Assembly: GCF_006345805.1 (NCBI RefSeq)
Contig: NC_042997.1
Coordinates: forward strand, 107,322,001-107,386,000
DNA from: Octopus sinensis
Taxonomy: Eukaryota
Length of the DNA: 64,000 nucleotides
Direction of reading: 5' to 3'
Shown here: positions 62,436 through 64,000 of the stretch, piece after piece
Layout of the letters: each line of letters begins with the position of its first letter
Numbering within the stretch: the stretch's first letter is position 1
Notes under the pieces: model-generated
Databases searched by the model: none
The model's input: only the letters and a program-made list of their open reading frames with translations
Told to the model about the DNA's origin: nothing
Program-made: the position numbers and the translations under genes

Positions 62436-63504
62436 AGAATAAGAATAGCCTGGACAAAATTTAGAGAGCTCTTACTTTTGCTTGTGACAAAGGGCCTCTC
62501 GCTCAGAGTAAAAGGTAGACTGTATGATGCATGTGTATGAACAGCCATGCTACATGGCAATGAAACATCAGCCTTGACTGCTGTGGACATGCGTAAGCTC
62601 GCAAGGAATGAAGCCAGTATGCTCTGATGAATGTGTAATGCCAGTGTGCATACTCGACAGAATGTTAGTGCCTTGAGAGAAAAGTTGGACCTAAGAAGCA
62701 TCAGATACGGTGTGCAAGAGAGACGACTGTGCTGGTATGGTCATGTGACGAGAATGGATGAGAATAGCTGTGAGAAAAAGTGCCACACCCTAGTGGTTGA
62801 GGGAACCTGTGGAAGAGGAAGACCTGGGATGAAGTGGTGAAGCATGACCTTTGAACATTAGGTCTCACCGAGGCAATGACTAGTGACTGAGACCTTTGGA
62901 AATATGCTGTGCGTGAGATGACCTGGCAAGCTAAGTGAGTTCATAACCTCGTGGCCTATGCCAGGAGTGTAACCAGCCCACTTATGCGTACCTTTCCTTC
63001 ATTGGACACTAAATTCTGCTTGCAAAGACCTGTTGAGGCAAGTGAAGTCGAAATCAAATTCGATGACTGGTATCCATGCTAGTGGAGCACTAAGAAAACC
63101 ATTCGAGCATGACTGTTGCCAGAGCAACAAACTGGCTTCCGTGCCGGTGGCACGTAAAAAGCACCATTTGAGCATGATCGTTACCTGCACTTGTGCAGGT
63201 GGCACGTGAAAAAACATTCGAGCGAGGTCGTTGCCAGTGCCACTGGACTGGCTCCTGTGCAGGTGGCACATAAAAAGCACCATTTGAGCGTGGTTGTGGC
63301 CAGTACTGCCTGACTGGCCCTCGTGCCAGTGGCACGTAAAAGCACCCACTACACTTTTGGAGTGGTTGGTGTTAGGAAGGGCATCCAGCTGTAGAAACTT
63401 TGCCAGATCAGATTGGGGCCAGGTGCAGCCATCTGGTTTGCCAGACCTCAGTCAAATCGTCCAACCCATGCTAGCATGGAAAGCAGAAGTTAAATGATGA
63501 TGAT
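62436..63504 (+). mobile_element. Second RTE 3' portion in tandem
   Basis: Restarts at RIRIAWTKFRELL, full 3' UTR with subrepeats, (GAT)n. Confidence 0.9.
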
Positions 63505-63507
63505 AGG

Positions 63508-63990
63508 ATAATATGGCAAGAACGATCCATTTGTAGCTCTGTAGAAATCCTGGCCTACAAAGAGCAAAGATGTGGTATGCCTAAACTCCAGAAGAAGTTA
63601 CGGAGAATTAAGATTTCAAAATCCTGTGAGATGCAATGATTCAGTGTGACCATCAGATTAAACATTGGAAACCTGACATTGTTGTGGTGGACATAAGAGA
63701 AAATGCTTCCACGATAATCGATGTAGTATGTCTTGTGAACAACAGAATCAAAGAGAAAGAAGAAGTAAAAAATGAACAACTTTGATGACTTGAAGTGGGG
63801 AATATGGAAGTTGTGGGCAATGAAGAGAGTGGAGGTGATACTAGTAGTGATTGGCATGCTTGGAAGTATCAGCATTCAACTACCAATATGGCTGAAAAAG
63901 ATTGGTACAAATGTAAAGATAGAACACCTATGAAAATCATCATTGCTTGGAACTGCAAGAGTTCTCTGCAGGGTTCTTGAAGCATGATCA
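63508..63990 (+). mobile_element. Dong/R4-clade element, 3' piece (restriction-like endonuclease)
   Basis: DNMARTIH, IQCDHQIKHWKPDIVVVD, RIKEKEE, VILVVIGMLGSIS. Confidence 0.8.
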
Positions 63991-64000
63991 GTAAACAAGT

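Overview
Eukaryotic, AT-rich, repeat-saturated genomic DNA. The SINE/RTE repertoire points to an octopus or other coleoid cephalopod (inference from recalled repeat families, no search run). There are no prokaryotic genes and no CRISPR array. Most of the window is nested transposable elements: a nearly intact 5'-truncated CR1-type LINE inside a SINE (2543-5650), mariner/maT/Tigger/hAT/Merlin-like DNA elements, a Helitron, a very young 5046-bp Ty3/Gypsy element (32393-37438), many RTE LINE fragments, and CRE, Dong/R4 and Penelope remnants. The only convincing host coding exon is 31094-30696 (minus strand, unknown protein). Most interesting signals: (1) a 410-bp TSD-flanked element joining a tRNA-type Pol III head to two inverted Penelope-type hammerhead ribozyme motifs (50284-50693); (2) a PHD-finger (C4HC3) insert inside the RT domain of the dominant RTE family, whose 3' UTR also carries tandem structured units; (3) a frame-preserving His-rich 8-aa repeat ORF (1232-1861); (4) an unexplained four-way-junction RNA fold (46783-46848); (5) a 903-bp spacer-less foldback element and a hAT MITE whose right terminus is amplified 9 times. 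Boundaries of decayed elements are approximate.
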